Notes: generated by a model from the sequence alone, not told the origin. DNA of 32,000 bases from Escherichia coli (GCF_020091645.1 NZ_CP083585.1), one strand, 5' to 3'. Positions 9,238 to 18,826 are shown, numbered from the stretch's first letter. Program-made: numbers and translations.

Positions 9238-10294
9238 GGCTTTGTTGAATAAATCGAACTTTTGCTGAGTTGAAGGATCAGATCACGTATCTTCCCGACA
9301 ACGCAGACCGTTCCGTGGCAAAGCAAAAGTTCAAAATCACCAACTGGCCCACCTACAATAAAGCCCTCATCAACCGTGGCTCCATAACTTTCTGGCTGGA
9401 TGATGAAGCTATTCAGGCCTGGTATGAGTCAGCAACACCTTCTTCACGAGGCAGACCTCAGCGCTATTCTGACCTTGCCATCACGACTGTGCTGGTCATT
9501 AAACGCGTATTCAGGCTGACCCTGCGCGCTGCGCAGGGCTTTATTGATTCCATTTTTTCTCTGATGAACGTTCCGCTACGCTGCCCGGATTACAGCTGTG
9601 TCAGCAGGCGGGCAAAGTCGGTTAATGTCAGTTTCAAAACGCCCACCCGGGGTGAAATCGCACACCTGGTAATTGATTCCACCGGGCTGAAGGTCTTCGG
9701 TGAAGGCGAGTGGAAAGTCAAAAAGCATGGCCAGGAACGCCGCCGTATCTGGCGTAAGCTGCATCTCGCCGTTGACAGTAAAACACATGAAATCATCTGC
9801 GCTGACCTGTCGCTGAACAACGTTACGGACTCAGAGGCCTTCCCCGGGTTAATCCGGCAAACCCACCGGAAAATCAGGTCAGCCGCCGCCGATGGCGCTT
9901 ACGATACCCGGCTATGTCACGATGAACTGCGGCGTAAGAAAATCAGCGCGCTTATCCCTCCCCGAAAAGGTGCGGGTTACTGGCCCGGTGAATATGCAGA
10001 CCGTAACCGTGCAGTGGCTAATCAGCGAATGACCGGGAGTAATGCGCGGTGGAAATGGACAACAGATTACAACCGTCGCTCGATAGCGGAAACGGCGATG
10101 TACCGGGTAAAACAGCTGTTCGGGGGTTCACTGACACTGCGTGACTACGATGGTCAGGTTGCAGAGGCTATGGCCCTGGTACGAGCGCTGAACAAAATGA
10201 CGAAAGCAGGTATGCCTGAAAGCGTGCGTATTGCCTGAAAACACAACCCGCTACGGGGGAGACTTACCCGAAATCTGATTTATTCAACAAAGCC
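9238..10294 (+). mobile_element. IS903-type element (IS5 family), 1057 bp
   Basis: Terminal inverted repeats GGCTTTGTTGAATAAATC (9238-9255) and GATTTATTCAACAAAGCC (10277-10294) flank the transposase; length 1057 bp as expected for IS903. Confidence 0.96.
9315..10238 (+). CDS. IS903-type transposase
   Basis: 307 aa from the GTG start (AKQKFKITNWPTYNKALINRGSITFWLDDEAIQAWY...); IS903 transposase. Confidence 0.95.
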   Translation: MAKQKFKITNWPTYNKALINRGSITFWLDDEAIQAWYESATPSSRGRPQRYSDLAITTVLVIKRVFRLTLRAAQGFIDSIFSLMNVPLRCPDYSCVSRRAKSVNVSFKTPTRGEIAHLVIDSTGLKVFGEGEWKVKKHGQERRRIWRKLHLAVDSKTHEIICADLSLNNVTDSEAFPGLIRQTHRKIRSAAADGAYDTRLCHDELRRKKISALIPPRKGAGYWPGEYADRNRAVANQRMTGSNARWKWTTDYNRRSIAETAMYRVKQLFGGSLTLRDYDGQVAEAMALVRALNKMTKAGMPESVRIA

Positions 10295-10710
10295 CCCTCA
10301 ATGTTGTTTGCCATAGCGAGGCGCTCTGCTACTGGATACAGCGGCATGGCGACGATGCCATTGGAATAAACAGAAACCACGGAATGATTGCCACTGTCAT
10401 CAATAATGCTGACGGTGCCGTTTTCCTTTCTCATTTCATTGATGAATGCTGTTGCTATCAGCCAGCGCCACATAATCACGTGATGCTGTGATGTGTAATC
10501 GAAATATCCCTGGTTGCCGCCACTGGCAATAGCGAGATGTATAAACATGCCTTCATCTGGTTTATCGTCATAATCCCCGGCATCCAGACGATTTACGGCA
10601 TCAATATATGAGACGGTATCAACGCGTTCTGTCATGCCATCGTTGCTGCGGTACATGATGTTTACGCCGTCAGGCGTTGCTTCTGCATGGAAAGTTAAGA
10701 AATTATTCAT
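10295..10710 (-). pseudogene. Hypothetical P4/lambdoid early gene, 3' end truncated by IS903
   Basis: MNNFLTFHAEATPDGVNIMYRSNDGMTERVDTV... runs into the IS end at 10294; the final codons of the supplied ORF come from the IS terminus. Confidence 0.65.
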
Positions 10711-10924
10711 GTTTCGCCTCGCCTGAATGATTCTGTAACTCATATTTGCCCAACAATTCGTCCGCTTCCTGAATAGCTTCTGGTACGCCATTGAGCAGTG
10801 ACATAACCGCGCCAATCATTAACTTGTCTCTGTTGCTGGGGCTGGCCCCTTCAAGCCAGAACCCTAAAACAGTCTGAACCTGTTCGATGCGACATTGCGC
10901 TTCAATGAGCTGGATGTTGGTCAT
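10703..10924 (-). CDS. Hypothetical small prophage protein
   Basis: 73-aa ORF in an overlapping array with its neighbours. Confidence 0.6.
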   Translation of the reverse strand: MTNIQLIEAQCRIEQVQTVLGFWLEGASPSNRDKLMIGAVMSLLNGVPEAIQEADELLGKYELQNHSGEAKHE

Positions 10925-11184
10925 TTCGCACTCTCCACATCGATTAAACCGATATCTATCAGGGAGGTAACTTTTTGTAGCCAGCTATTGATTACTGTCG
11001 CCTGTTCCCCTCCCACCGAGGGAACAATCTCATTCATCACATGAACCAGACCTGTGCGCGCTCTGGTAAGCCGTTCAGTCGCGCAATCTGCGGGAGTGAA
11101 TGTGTCTGGATATGGCTCTTCGCGCCCCAGCAATGATTCAATTTCCAGCTCACACGGATGACGATAAATTAAGTTGATATTCAT
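10921..11184 (-). CDS. Hypothetical small prophage protein
   Basis: 87-aa ORF with ATGA-type overlaps to both neighbours. Confidence 0.6.
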   Translation of the reverse strand: MNINLIYRHPCELEIESLLGREEPYPDTFTPADCATERLTRARTGLVHVMNEIVPSVGGEQATVINSWLQKVTSLIDIGLIDVESAK

Positions 11185-11375
11185 TTTTCACCCCCAAGAA
11201 TTACCAGCTCGGCACGGGCATCGTTAACCAAAGATGAGCACGCTTTAATCGCATCCACGACATCAGCAGCGTCCATTTCTTCAGCCGAAAGACTGACAGC
11301 AACCGGGACAGCCGCTGCTTGCTCGATTAATTGAAGTGCGGACGTAAGGCGAGGGGTATTAATTGAGTTATTCAT
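11181..11375 (-). CDS. Hypothetical small prophage protein
   Basis: [46 protein letters not shown]... (64 aa), overlaps the next gene. Confidence 0.6.
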   Translation of the reverse strand: MNNSINTPRLTSALQLIEQAAAVPVAVSLSAEEMDAADVVDAIKACSSLVNDARAELVILGGEK

Positions 11376-12435
11376 TGGTTGCCCCCGTTTTGCATGGCAT
11401 TTGTCCACCTTCCAGCAGGAAATGAACGTCACGAACGGCGAGGTCCAATATCGCGAGTAACGCCTTCAGTTTTTCGTCTCGTGAGGGAGAGTTGCTCACC
11501 AGAATGTTGTTAATCACTTCTGTCAGTGTGATGATCTGGCTTGTGCGTTCGAGGGGATCCATATGCACATCGTAGGTTTTAATCATGTGCCACCTCCATG
11601 CGGATACGACCAGCAAAAAAGCAGATGTGATCGCGCACCAGAGAACGGCGAGCATCGCGTTCAGACTCGGCAGCAATATGATGAATTTTGGCGGTAATTG
11701 TCGGGCAATCGCGGCGAACTGCGGCGATAATCCAGATAAATTGCGTTTTTTGGGTAGGGGTAGTAGCCAGCATGTGGCAGCCTCCTTCAGATAGCAGGTT
11801 ACGCTACCACCGGAAACGCCAATTTCGCTGGTGGTAGCCCAGACAGGGTTGGCGTAACCGGCTCTGAAGGATACCGGCGCTTCCGAAGAAGCCCCCGCCT
11901 GAGCCACCATTGATTGACAAAGGCGCTGGATTATACACCAACGCCCAAAAAATGGGTGAGTCAGACCTACGACATAAAAAAAGACGCTCGGCGCGTCATA
12001 TGTCGCCTTCAGAATTTTCAGGACGCCAATCCCGGCACCCGTTTTATGAGGTGCCTTATAACCATAAACCGTGTTGCCGCATAACGGCAAGCTCTTTTTT
12101 ATGGACTCCGAAAACTCACTATTGGAAGCACCAGATGCACAATACATCGCGCTCATTTCGTTAACGTCACGCGCATGGACGAAGGTTTTTGTGGAGTCAC
12201 TACGCGAGAAGAGAAAGCCATCTACGACCAGAAATTCTCTGGCGCAGCCGCTGACCTTCTCAACGCTAACACCATCGACCGTAATTTCTGACATGGTTAA
12301 GGCATCCGCTCCTACCACCAGCAAATGACAAACTTTGCTTGTATCTGCTGTATTAATGCCTGACTTTGCTGTCATATTGCTGGATTTTGGCGACATACCA
12401 GCCAGTGAAAATATCTTCTTCTGGACGGTTAGCAT
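11368..12435 (-). CDS. Icd-like/Ash-family host-inhibition protein (start uncertain)
   Basis: Contains [14 protein letters not shown] and [28 protein letters not shown], the signature seen in Icd-like proteins of P4-related elements. Confidence 0.6.
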   Translation of the reverse strand: MLTVQKKIFSLAGMSPKSSNMTAKSGINTADTSKVCHLLVVGADALTMSEITVDGVSVEKVSGCAREFLVVDGFLFSRSDSTKTFVHARDVNEMSAMYCASGASNSEFSESIKKSLPLCGNTVYGYKAPHKTGAGIGVLKILKATYDAPSVFFYVVGLTHPFFGRWCIIQRLCQSMVAQAGASSEAPVSFRAGYANPVWATTSEIGVSGGSVTCYLKEAATCWLLPLPKKRNLSGLSPQFAAIARQLPPKFIILLPSLNAMLAVLWCAITSAFLLVVSAWRWHMIKTYDVHMDPLERTSQIITLTEVINNILVSNSPSRDEKLKALLAILDLAVRDVHFLLEGGQMPCKTGATNE

Positions 12436-12608
12436 TTGTTAACCTCCGCGAACTCCTTCATGAAGCGCGCCAGCAGTTGTACGCATGGCGATTGATACCC
12501 GTCGCGATAAAACGTCACTCGGTTGTGAGATACGCTTTCGACAGTAACGAGTGCTCCGTGGGCATCTTTGTAGCGTTTTTGAGGTTGTGGTGTTCCTGTC
12601 GGCTTAAA
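12429..12608 (-). CDS. DUF4222-like small prophage protein
   Basis: [60 protein letters not shown] (60 aa). Confidence 0.6.
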   Translation of the reverse strand, partial: FKPTGTPQPQKRYKDAHGALVTVESVSHNRVTFYRDGYQSPCVQLLARFMKEFAEVNKC

Positions 12609-13437
12609 CATGGACCGCCTCCAGACGCTTGGCGAGCCAGCGTTGCGACAGGCGGGTGAGTTCTCCTTTGCGCTGCTCATATTCCATGCCCATATCAATT
12701 AACGTGATATTGGTGCTTTCGAGATATGAGAGGTGCTCAAGCTGTTCTGCGTTCATATGGTCGCGAGGTTCGCCAGAATAGCCATTTATCCGCGCCCACT
12801 GCTTAGCAGTTAGCCCTCCAAGAACGATACGAGAAATCATATTGCTCTCGTTTGTGTAGTGGTGTTGCTGCGTCGTTTTCCCCTGCTCGGCACGGGCCAT
12901 ATTCAGCGCATCGCACATTGGCTTAAAGTTGTTTGCGGCACTGATACGGGCTTTTAGCTGGCGACGATAGCGGGCGGCGATTTCAGGCACGCTACGCTGT
13001 AATTCTTCCTCGCACTGGATGAAATAACGACGGATAGCGCGACCCTGATCATTGCGTTCGATCATTGCCAGTTCTTTCGCCATTCCGACACTTAACAGAT
13101 AGTCTTTGCCGGGTCTGCCAGAGTGCTTAATCTTGCTGTAAGCCGCGCCATTCGGGCTTTTCCCCAAATTTGGGGAAATTGTTTTATGGACTGAGTAATC
13201 GTGCCCAATGGTGAAGTCATATTCAGAGATGCGATCAGTGATCCATGTAGAGAAGTCTTTTCCCACGCCCAACGCTTTGTGTAACGCTTTTGCGCTAACA
13301 ATATTGGTTTCACGCCCACCGATATGACCAGGAATAACCGGGACAATTGCGGCAAATTCATTACCGTTAATTGTGCCCAGAGAGGCGTTCAGATGAGGGG
13401 CAGCCTCAGAAATTAATCTGCTTTTTTCGATGTTCAT
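12604..13437 (-). CDS. AntA/AntB-type phage antirepressor
   Basis: NIVSAKALHKALGVGKDFSTWITDRISEYDF...GRPGKDYLLSVGMAKELAMIERNDQGRAIRRYFIQCEEEL is the AntA/AntB signature. Confidence 0.82.
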   Translation of the reverse strand: MNIEKSRLISEAAPHLNASLGTINGNEFAAIVPVIPGHIGGRETNIVSAKALHKALGVGKDFSTWITDRISEYDFTIGHDYSVHKTISPNLGKSPNGAAYSKIKHSGRPGKDYLLSVGMAKELAMIERNDQGRAIRRYFIQCEEELQRSVPEIAARYRRQLKARISAANNFKPMCDALNMARAEQGKTTQQHHYTNESNMISRIVLGGLTAKQWARINGYSGEPRDHMNAEQLEHLSYLESTNITLIDMGMEYEQRKGELTRLSQRWLAKRLEAVHV

Positions 13438-13449
13438 TTTCAGTCTCCG

Positions 13450-13881
13450 TTAGGCGGCGTTAAACGCGTCCGGGTAGAGTTTCAGAATGTCGGCAATTTC
13501 CTGCTGAGAAAGTCCGTTGTGATCATTTATGTTCGCAAGATGGTTAATATGAGTGATCACTTTCAGAACATCACCACGGCAGGAGAAACGGTAGCGAAGG
13601 TGTGTTCCGATACCATCAGGATTCTTTTCGTCGATACGCTCCAGAGTGATTCCAAGCTGGCGTTCTAACTCTGTTGCATAGTTACGACCAGAAGACAGAC
13701 GGCAGTAGCGAAGAATGTCATTTTCTGTCCATCCCTCTATACCAGTACGCAGCATATAGACTCTGGCACGATGCTTTTTCGGTGTGCGCTTTGGTGCTTG
13801 AAGGGATTTTGTCAGGGGCGTAACATCAGATACGCGAATATCTGAATTAGCCGCCTGTAATGGGCGGTTTTTCTTTTCCAT
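13450..13881 (-). CDS. Hypothetical prophage protein
   Basis: 143-aa ORF whose start overlaps the AlpA-like stop. Confidence 0.55.
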   Translation of the reverse strand: MEKKNRPLQAANSDIRVSDVTPLTKSLQAPKRTPKKHRARVYMLRTGIEGWTENDILRYCRLSSGRNYATELERQLGITLERIDEKNPDGIGTHLRYRFSCRGDVLKVITHINHLANINDHNGLSQQEIADILKLYPDAFNAA

Positions 13882-14084
13882 CAGGCCACCTCGTCTCTAG
13901 ATTCTAATATACACTTCTCAATCCATTCATCTATTTCAGACTCAACAAAAGCAATTGCCCGACTTCCAATTTTTACCTGTTTAGGGAACCTCCCCTGACT
14001 AATAAGACGATAAATCCATGCTTTGCTATAACCAGTTCGCCTTTGAACTTCAGAGAGACGAATTAATGAATTGTAATTAGCCAT
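13881..14084 (-). CDS. AlpA-family transcriptional regulator/excisionase
   Basis: IRLSEVQRRTGYSKAWIYRLISQGRFPKQVKIGSRAIAFVESEIDEWI is a typical AlpA helix-turn-helix. Confidence 0.88.
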   Translation of the reverse strand: MANYNSLIRLSEVQRRTGYSKAWIYRLISQGRFPKQVKIGSRAIAFVESEIDEWIEKCILESRDEVA

Positions 14085-14735
14085 TTATTAATATCCTGTA
14101 CTAATGACGCAATAACTCCCTCCTGCAACGAATGGCGAGAGTTTTATTTGCATCAAATGTCGAATACGCCAAAGACCACAATATGAAAAACATATTGCGG
14201 TCTTTTATAAAAGATAGTCAGATTGTTTTGGTTTGTTTGCTCCACAAGGGTAGAGCTACCCTGCATTTCGGCAGGATCACGCTATTAGGCGTGACATCCA
14301 GTAGTTTTAAAGAACGCCCTTTTTCAGGGCATGGTGGGCAGGCAAGAGAGCAATTGCGCTTTGTCAGCGCCGTAGATTCATATTTGAATCATTGTATGTT
14401 TCCCGATAGAAATCTATCGGTCACTGCGGGACGAACCATCCCGCCCACATCAATGTTAAAGAGCAATTGCGCTTTGTCAGCGATCCGCAGCCTCATGGAT
14501 GAATCATTACATGCATTGTAAAGGTGCATGTATCCCTATTCTTTCCTGCATCAGGAAAGCACCAAAGGCTGTTAAAGAGCATCCAGCTTTTCAGCTGCGT
14601 AGAAGATTCCATCTTCGTTGTTAAAAGAGCGATTGCCCTTCTCCAGGGCTAACTGTTAAATAGTAATCCTCTGTGAGTTTTTATCAATCTACTCCCCTAT
14701 ACTTTAGTAAACCTCTGTATACTTGTCCAGTTGTT

Positions 14736-15950
14736 TCATGCGTGTTTTTCAAACACCATATGCACCACATTTCCGCCATGCTCGAGAGAATCCATATAGT
14801 CGGCATACCATTGAAGCATCTCCCGCCTTCCATCCAGATATTGCGCATGGTTGTATGTGCCACGAATTGAGTTCTTATCAACGTGAGCGAGCTGCGTTTC
14901 TATCCACGCGGTGTTATAGCCCTGCTCATGCAAAATCGTACTCATAGTGTGCCGGAACCCATGACCAGTTACACGTCCAGCGTAGCCAATGCGCTTAAAC
15001 ACTTGGTTTATGCTGGCCTCACTCATTGTTTTCCTTGGATCATTGCGCCCGGGAAACATAAGAGGGTAATTGCCTGTTATTTCTCTAATCTTCCCAATAA
15101 GCGAAAGAGCCTGCTCAGACAATGGCACAATATGAGGCCGCCGCATTTTCATACGTGAAGCGGGTATCTCCCAGAGAGCCTTGTTGAAATCAATTTCATC
15201 CCATAATGCGCCACGTAGTTCGCCAGTCCGCAAGCCTGTGATAATCAGTAGACGAGCCGCCATAACAACCAATGCGCTTCCTGAGTAACTGGACAATTCC
15301 TTGAAAAAATCAGGTAATTCTTTGGCTGTAAGGAAAGGGTAATGATTAGATTCATGGCCTTGCATCGCGCTAGTAAGGTCTGGTGCAGGGTTATACTCTG
15401 CGCGACCAGTGACTATTGCATAGCGGAAAACTTCCCCGCACCGCTGCCTCACTTTTTTGGCTTTTTCTGTAGCACCGCGCCCCTCGATGCGCCGCAGCAC
15501 ATTCAGAAGTTCAAGTGGTTTGATTTCGGCGATTGGTTTTTTGCCAATGTAAGGGAACACATCTTTGTTGAAGGCTTCGAGGATGTCTGAAGCATAACCA
15601 GCAGACCATTTTTTTAATTTGCTGCTGTGCCACTCAAGGGCAATATCTTTGAAGGTGTTGTTTAACTGCGTTTCCCGGGCAATCTTTTCCTCTCGTTTCG
15701 CTTCCATCGGATCGATACCACCAGCGATACCTCTTTTCGCATCTTCACGTTTTGCCCGAGCATCGGCTAGAGTAACCTCAGGATACACACCTAGTGCCAA
15801 TAGCTTCTCTTTACCAGCTACACGATATTTAAGTCGCCAGTATTTACCTCCATTAGGTTTTACCAAGAGATACAAACCGCCACCATCGGCCAGCTTGTAA
15901 GCCTTCTCTTTTGGCTTGGCTGTGTCTATTTGACGGGCATTGAGTTTCAC
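14736..15950 (-). CDS. P4-type tyrosine integrase
   Basis: KLADGGGLYLLVKPNGGKYWRLKYR N-terminus; catalytic R of TGLRTGELRG, HGFRHTMSTILHEQGYN, and Y of THAQY-like GTYNHAQY. GTG start preceded by GGAGG. Confidence 0.93.
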   Translation of the reverse strand: MKLNARQIDTAKPKEKAYKLADGGGLYLLVKPNGGKYWRLKYRVAGKEKLLALGVYPEVTLADARAKREDAKRGIAGGIDPMEAKREEKIARETQLNNTFKDIALEWHSSKLKKWSAGYASDILEAFNKDVFPYIGKKPIAEIKPLELLNVLRRIEGRGATEKAKKVRQRCGEVFRYAIVTGRAEYNPAPDLTSAMQGHESNHYPFLTAKELPDFFKELSSYSGSALVVMAARLLIITGLRTGELRGALWDEIDFNKALWEIPASRMKMRRPHIVPLSEQALSLIGKIREITGNYPLMFPGRNDPRKTMSEASINQVFKRIGYAGRVTGHGFRHTMSTILHEQGYNTAWIETQLAHVDKNSIRGTYNHAQYLDGRREMLQWYADYMDSLEHGGNVVHMVFEKHA

Positions 15951-16023
15951 TTGGGGGGTACCTCCACTAAACCGAACAGCAAATACCCCCATAAGTACCC
16001 CCATCTGACCGTAGATTTTGAGG

Positions 16024-16099
16024 GACTTTAGTAGACGTCAAAAGACGAACGGGGCTTTAATACGCGGATTATAAGGGGTTTTGAAAGACTTTAGTAGAC
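16024..16099. repeat. Direct repeat GACTTTAGTAGAC, candidate integrase arm sites
   Basis: Identical 13-mers at 16024-16036 and 16087-16099, 63 bp apart, between int and the att core. Confidence 0.6.
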
Positions 16100-16116
16100 T
16101 TGGGGAGATGTTTGAA

Positions 16117-16162
16117 TGGTGCCGATAATAGGAGTCGAACCTACGACCTTCGCATTACGAAT
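16117..16162 (-). other. thrW: att core: 46-bp 3' fragment of thrW (tRNA-Thr CGT)
   Basis: Minus strand ATTCGTAATGCGAAGGTCGTAGGTTCGACTCCTATTATCGGCACCA equals the thrW 3' end (anticodon loop to CCA); the 5' half of the tRNA is absent. Confidence 0.88.
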
Positions 16163-16608
16163 TATAAGAATCCGCTTCTAATTCAAAGCATTACCCCATC
16201 AACACTGCGCTCACACGTCCCACCACATCAAAACATGTAAAGCCTTGCAAGCCATTGTGAGGCCTTTTGTGTCTCAGTTTTGTCCCATCCGCGCTTGTGT
16301 TTTCTTTCATACATACACAATAATATAAATTAAAATAATAAACTATGAAACTAATATGTCTTTCATCAACAACATGATAACAATGCTTATTATAACATTG
16401 TGTAATTATCATTTTTTCCGAGCATTGTGTGAAATTCATACCGATTTGTTGCAAAAAAAAATTACAAGTAAAATGTTTTTAAAATGTAATTTTGGAGGAA
16501 AAGACAAGTCTACTAACCACCTGTTAATACAATTAATCATGAATATATTTCTTTAGTCCCGAGATATTAATTAATTAGTTGTTCATCGCTTTATATACTG
16601 GTTTCATT

Positions 16609-18810
16609 ATGCTTAATAAAAAAACAATTGCTGTGTTAATAGCTTCTACAATTCCAACAACAGCTTTAGCCGCATCATTTACTCAAAATATTGCAAAAGG
16701 AACAGAAGTCAGCAATGAGGTTATTGATGGTAAGCAGTCCGTTTATGGTAATATTACAAATAGTATGATTACTACTGGCGGGCATCAATACATTTACTCT
16801 GGAGGAGCAGCTTCTGATATTATTCTTAATGGTGGTAAAAGCACTGTAAATAACGCCGACATCAAAAATTTCAAAATAATAAACGGAATTCAGGTCTTAA
16901 ATACTGGTGCTATATCTTATTCCGCAGAAATAACTGGAACGGGTATCCAGCGTGTAAATGATGGTGCTAAATCAGCTTATAGCACATTAGCCAATGGTGG
17001 TCGACAGTATATAAATTCTGGTGGAAAGTCAGAAAACACCACTATTGAAAGTGGTGGGAGTCTTTATACTTACGCTAACGGTGAGTCCCTCAACACTACT
17101 GTCAATGATGGGGCGTTCTTTGTTAGAGGGGGGACTGCAACTAATAGCGTTATTAATGGTGGTAAACAAGTAGTAACCGAAGGAGGGATCACTACTGGTG
17201 ACATTATCAATGACGGTGGTTATCAAAATATTGGTGTAAATGGTTCTGCCTTTAATGTTGTAGTTAATAAAGGCGGCCGTCAAGATATTAATACTGGCGG
17301 CTATGCAAAAGATACAACCATCATTGGTGGACAATATGATATAGATCCAGAGGCAACTGGTGAAAATGTAAGTTTTGACGGTGGTTTAGGTTTTGTTCGT
17401 GAAACTGGAATTTTAACTGGCTATGCCACTCTAAAAAACGGTGCTGAAATTTATATGGCTGAGGGTTCTGATGCAGATATTTCACTATCTAGTCAGAGCA
17501 AGCTTTATGTTGTTAATGATATTACAAATAGCAACATGACACTGGATAACTCATCTGTTTATTTCCGTTCTTCTTTTGATGGTGAATTATCAACAAATTT
17601 AAAAGAATTTAAAACTCTGAACGTCAATAAACTAAACGCCAATAACTCCTCGTTCTTTATGAAAGTTGAAGGTATGAATGGCGATTTTCTTAATATTTCC
17701 GAGTTTTCTGGCGATAACAACACAGTTAGCATTAATGGTAGCGGTAAAGAAAGCAGTGATGGATATCATCTGATTCACGCTGGTAATAGTAGTGTTGATG
17801 CTTTTAAATTAGACGGTGGCAAAGTTGAACTTGGCTCATATGTCTATACATTAGAAAAAAATAATGATGACTGGTATTTAAGACAGCATGCTGATCAACT
17901 TTCATCCTCAGCAAAAACTGTTCTTTCAATGGCATCTTATGCATCTTCAATATTTACAAATGAATTTCATACTATCTCTGATAGATTGAATAATAGTTTG
18001 ACCGATATTGAAGGGAATCATCTTTGGGGAAGATTTATCAGCTCTGATTATCGTGTTAATAATGGTGTGAATGAACCATATAAACTTACACAAAATGGTT
18101 TTGAGTATGGATTAGGCAAAACCATTTCAAAAGAACATGGCGATTTTAGTTTTGGTATCTCCGCTGGTATTACCCAAAACAAAATAAAAGAAAAATCTGG
18201 GACTCGTTCTGATGTTGACAGTTACTCAGTTGGTTTATACGGTTCCTATATCCACAAAAACGGATTCTACATTGATGGATTAATCAAAGGAAACCGATTT
18301 GATAACACTACGGAGATTATCATTGATTCGTCCGACATTGCTACTGCTAATTTTAAACAAACTGGCTTTGGTTCTGCATTAGAATTTGGCAAATATACTT
18401 GGTTTGATAATTCATTTGTTACTCCATATGTACGAACAGAATACTTCATGGCCAACAATGAAGAAGTTAAGATTAGCAATGGAATGAAGGCTGATTTGGG
18501 CAATGACAGATCATTGAAAGGAGAAGCCGGGGTTAAATTAGGGACAAACTTAAATGTTTGGCAAAACACTAATATTACTCCATACTTAAAAGTATCACTT
18601 GAACACGAATTCATTGATGACAACTATATTAAGATCAATGACAGTGTAAAAATTAACAATGATAACTCGGGAACCATCGGGAATTATAGCTTAGGCCTTG
18701 ATGCTAAGATGGGCAAAAATGCATCTTTTTATTCTGAGCTTGGTTACTCTAAAGGTTCAAACATCGAGGTTCCATTCAACGTAAAAGCTGGTGTTCGAGT
18801 CCTCTTTTAA
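16609..18810 (+). CDS. AIDA-type autotransporter adhesin
   Basis: Signal peptide MLNKKTIAVLIASTIPTTALA; Gly-rich passenger repeats (GGRQYINSGGKSENTTIESGG... GGKQVVTEGGITTGDIINDGG); C-terminal beta-barrel from about LWGRFISSDYRV to terminal VRVLF. Confidence 0.88.
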   Translation: MLNKKTIAVLIASTIPTTALAASFTQNIAKGTEVSNEVIDGKQSVYGNITNSMITTGGHQYIYSGGAASDIILNGGKSTVNNADIKNFKIINGIQVLNTGAISYSAEITGTGIQRVNDGAKSAYSTLANGGRQYINSGGKSENTTIESGGSLYTYANGESLNTTVNDGAFFVRGGTATNSVINGGKQVVTEGGITTGDIINDGGYQNIGVNGSAFNVVVNKGGRQDINTGGYAKDTTIIGGQYDIDPEATGENVSFDGGLGFVRETGILTGYATLKNGAEIYMAEGSDADISLSSQSKLYVVNDITNSNMTLDNSSVYFRSSFDGELSTNLKEFKTLNVNKLNANNSSFFMKVEGMNGDFLNISEFSGDNNTVSINGSGKESSDGYHLIHAGNSSVDAFKLDGGKVELGSYVYTLEKNNDDWYLRQHADQLSSSAKTVLSMASYASSIFTNEFHTISDRLNNSLTDIEGNHLWGRFISSDYRVNNGVNEPYKLTQNGFEYGLGKTISKEHGDFSFGISAGITQNKIKEKSGTRSDVDSYSVGLYGSYIHKNGFYIDGLIKGNRFDNTTEIIIDSSDIATANFKQTGFGSALEFGKYTWFDNSFVTPYVRTEYFMANNEEVKISNGMKADLGNDRSLKGEAGVKLGTNLNVWQNTNITPYLKVSLEHEFIDDNYIKINDSVKINNDNSGTIGNYSLGLDAKMGKNASFYSELGYSKGSNIEVPFNVKAGVRVLF

Positions 18811-18826
18811 TATTCAATAATGTTAC

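Noticed and set aside
9576-9820. Minus-strand ORFs inside IS903
   Set aside because: Antisense to the transposase gene with no independent support.
14132-14521. 129-aa plus-strand ORF in the int-alpA spacer
   Set aside because: No recognised family, runs through multiple perfect hairpins and both copies of the 23-bp repeat; more likely accidental, though an Ash-like peptide cannot be fully excluded.
16117-16205. Possible complete tRNA gene on the minus strand
   Set aside because: Only the 3' 46 bp match thrW; the sequence upstream of the core lacks D-arm and acceptor pairing, so it is an att remnant, not a functional tRNA.
16191-16454. 87-aa minus-strand ORF between att and the autotransporter
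   Set aside because: AT-rich intergenic sequence, no family resemblance or supporting ribosome-binding context seen.
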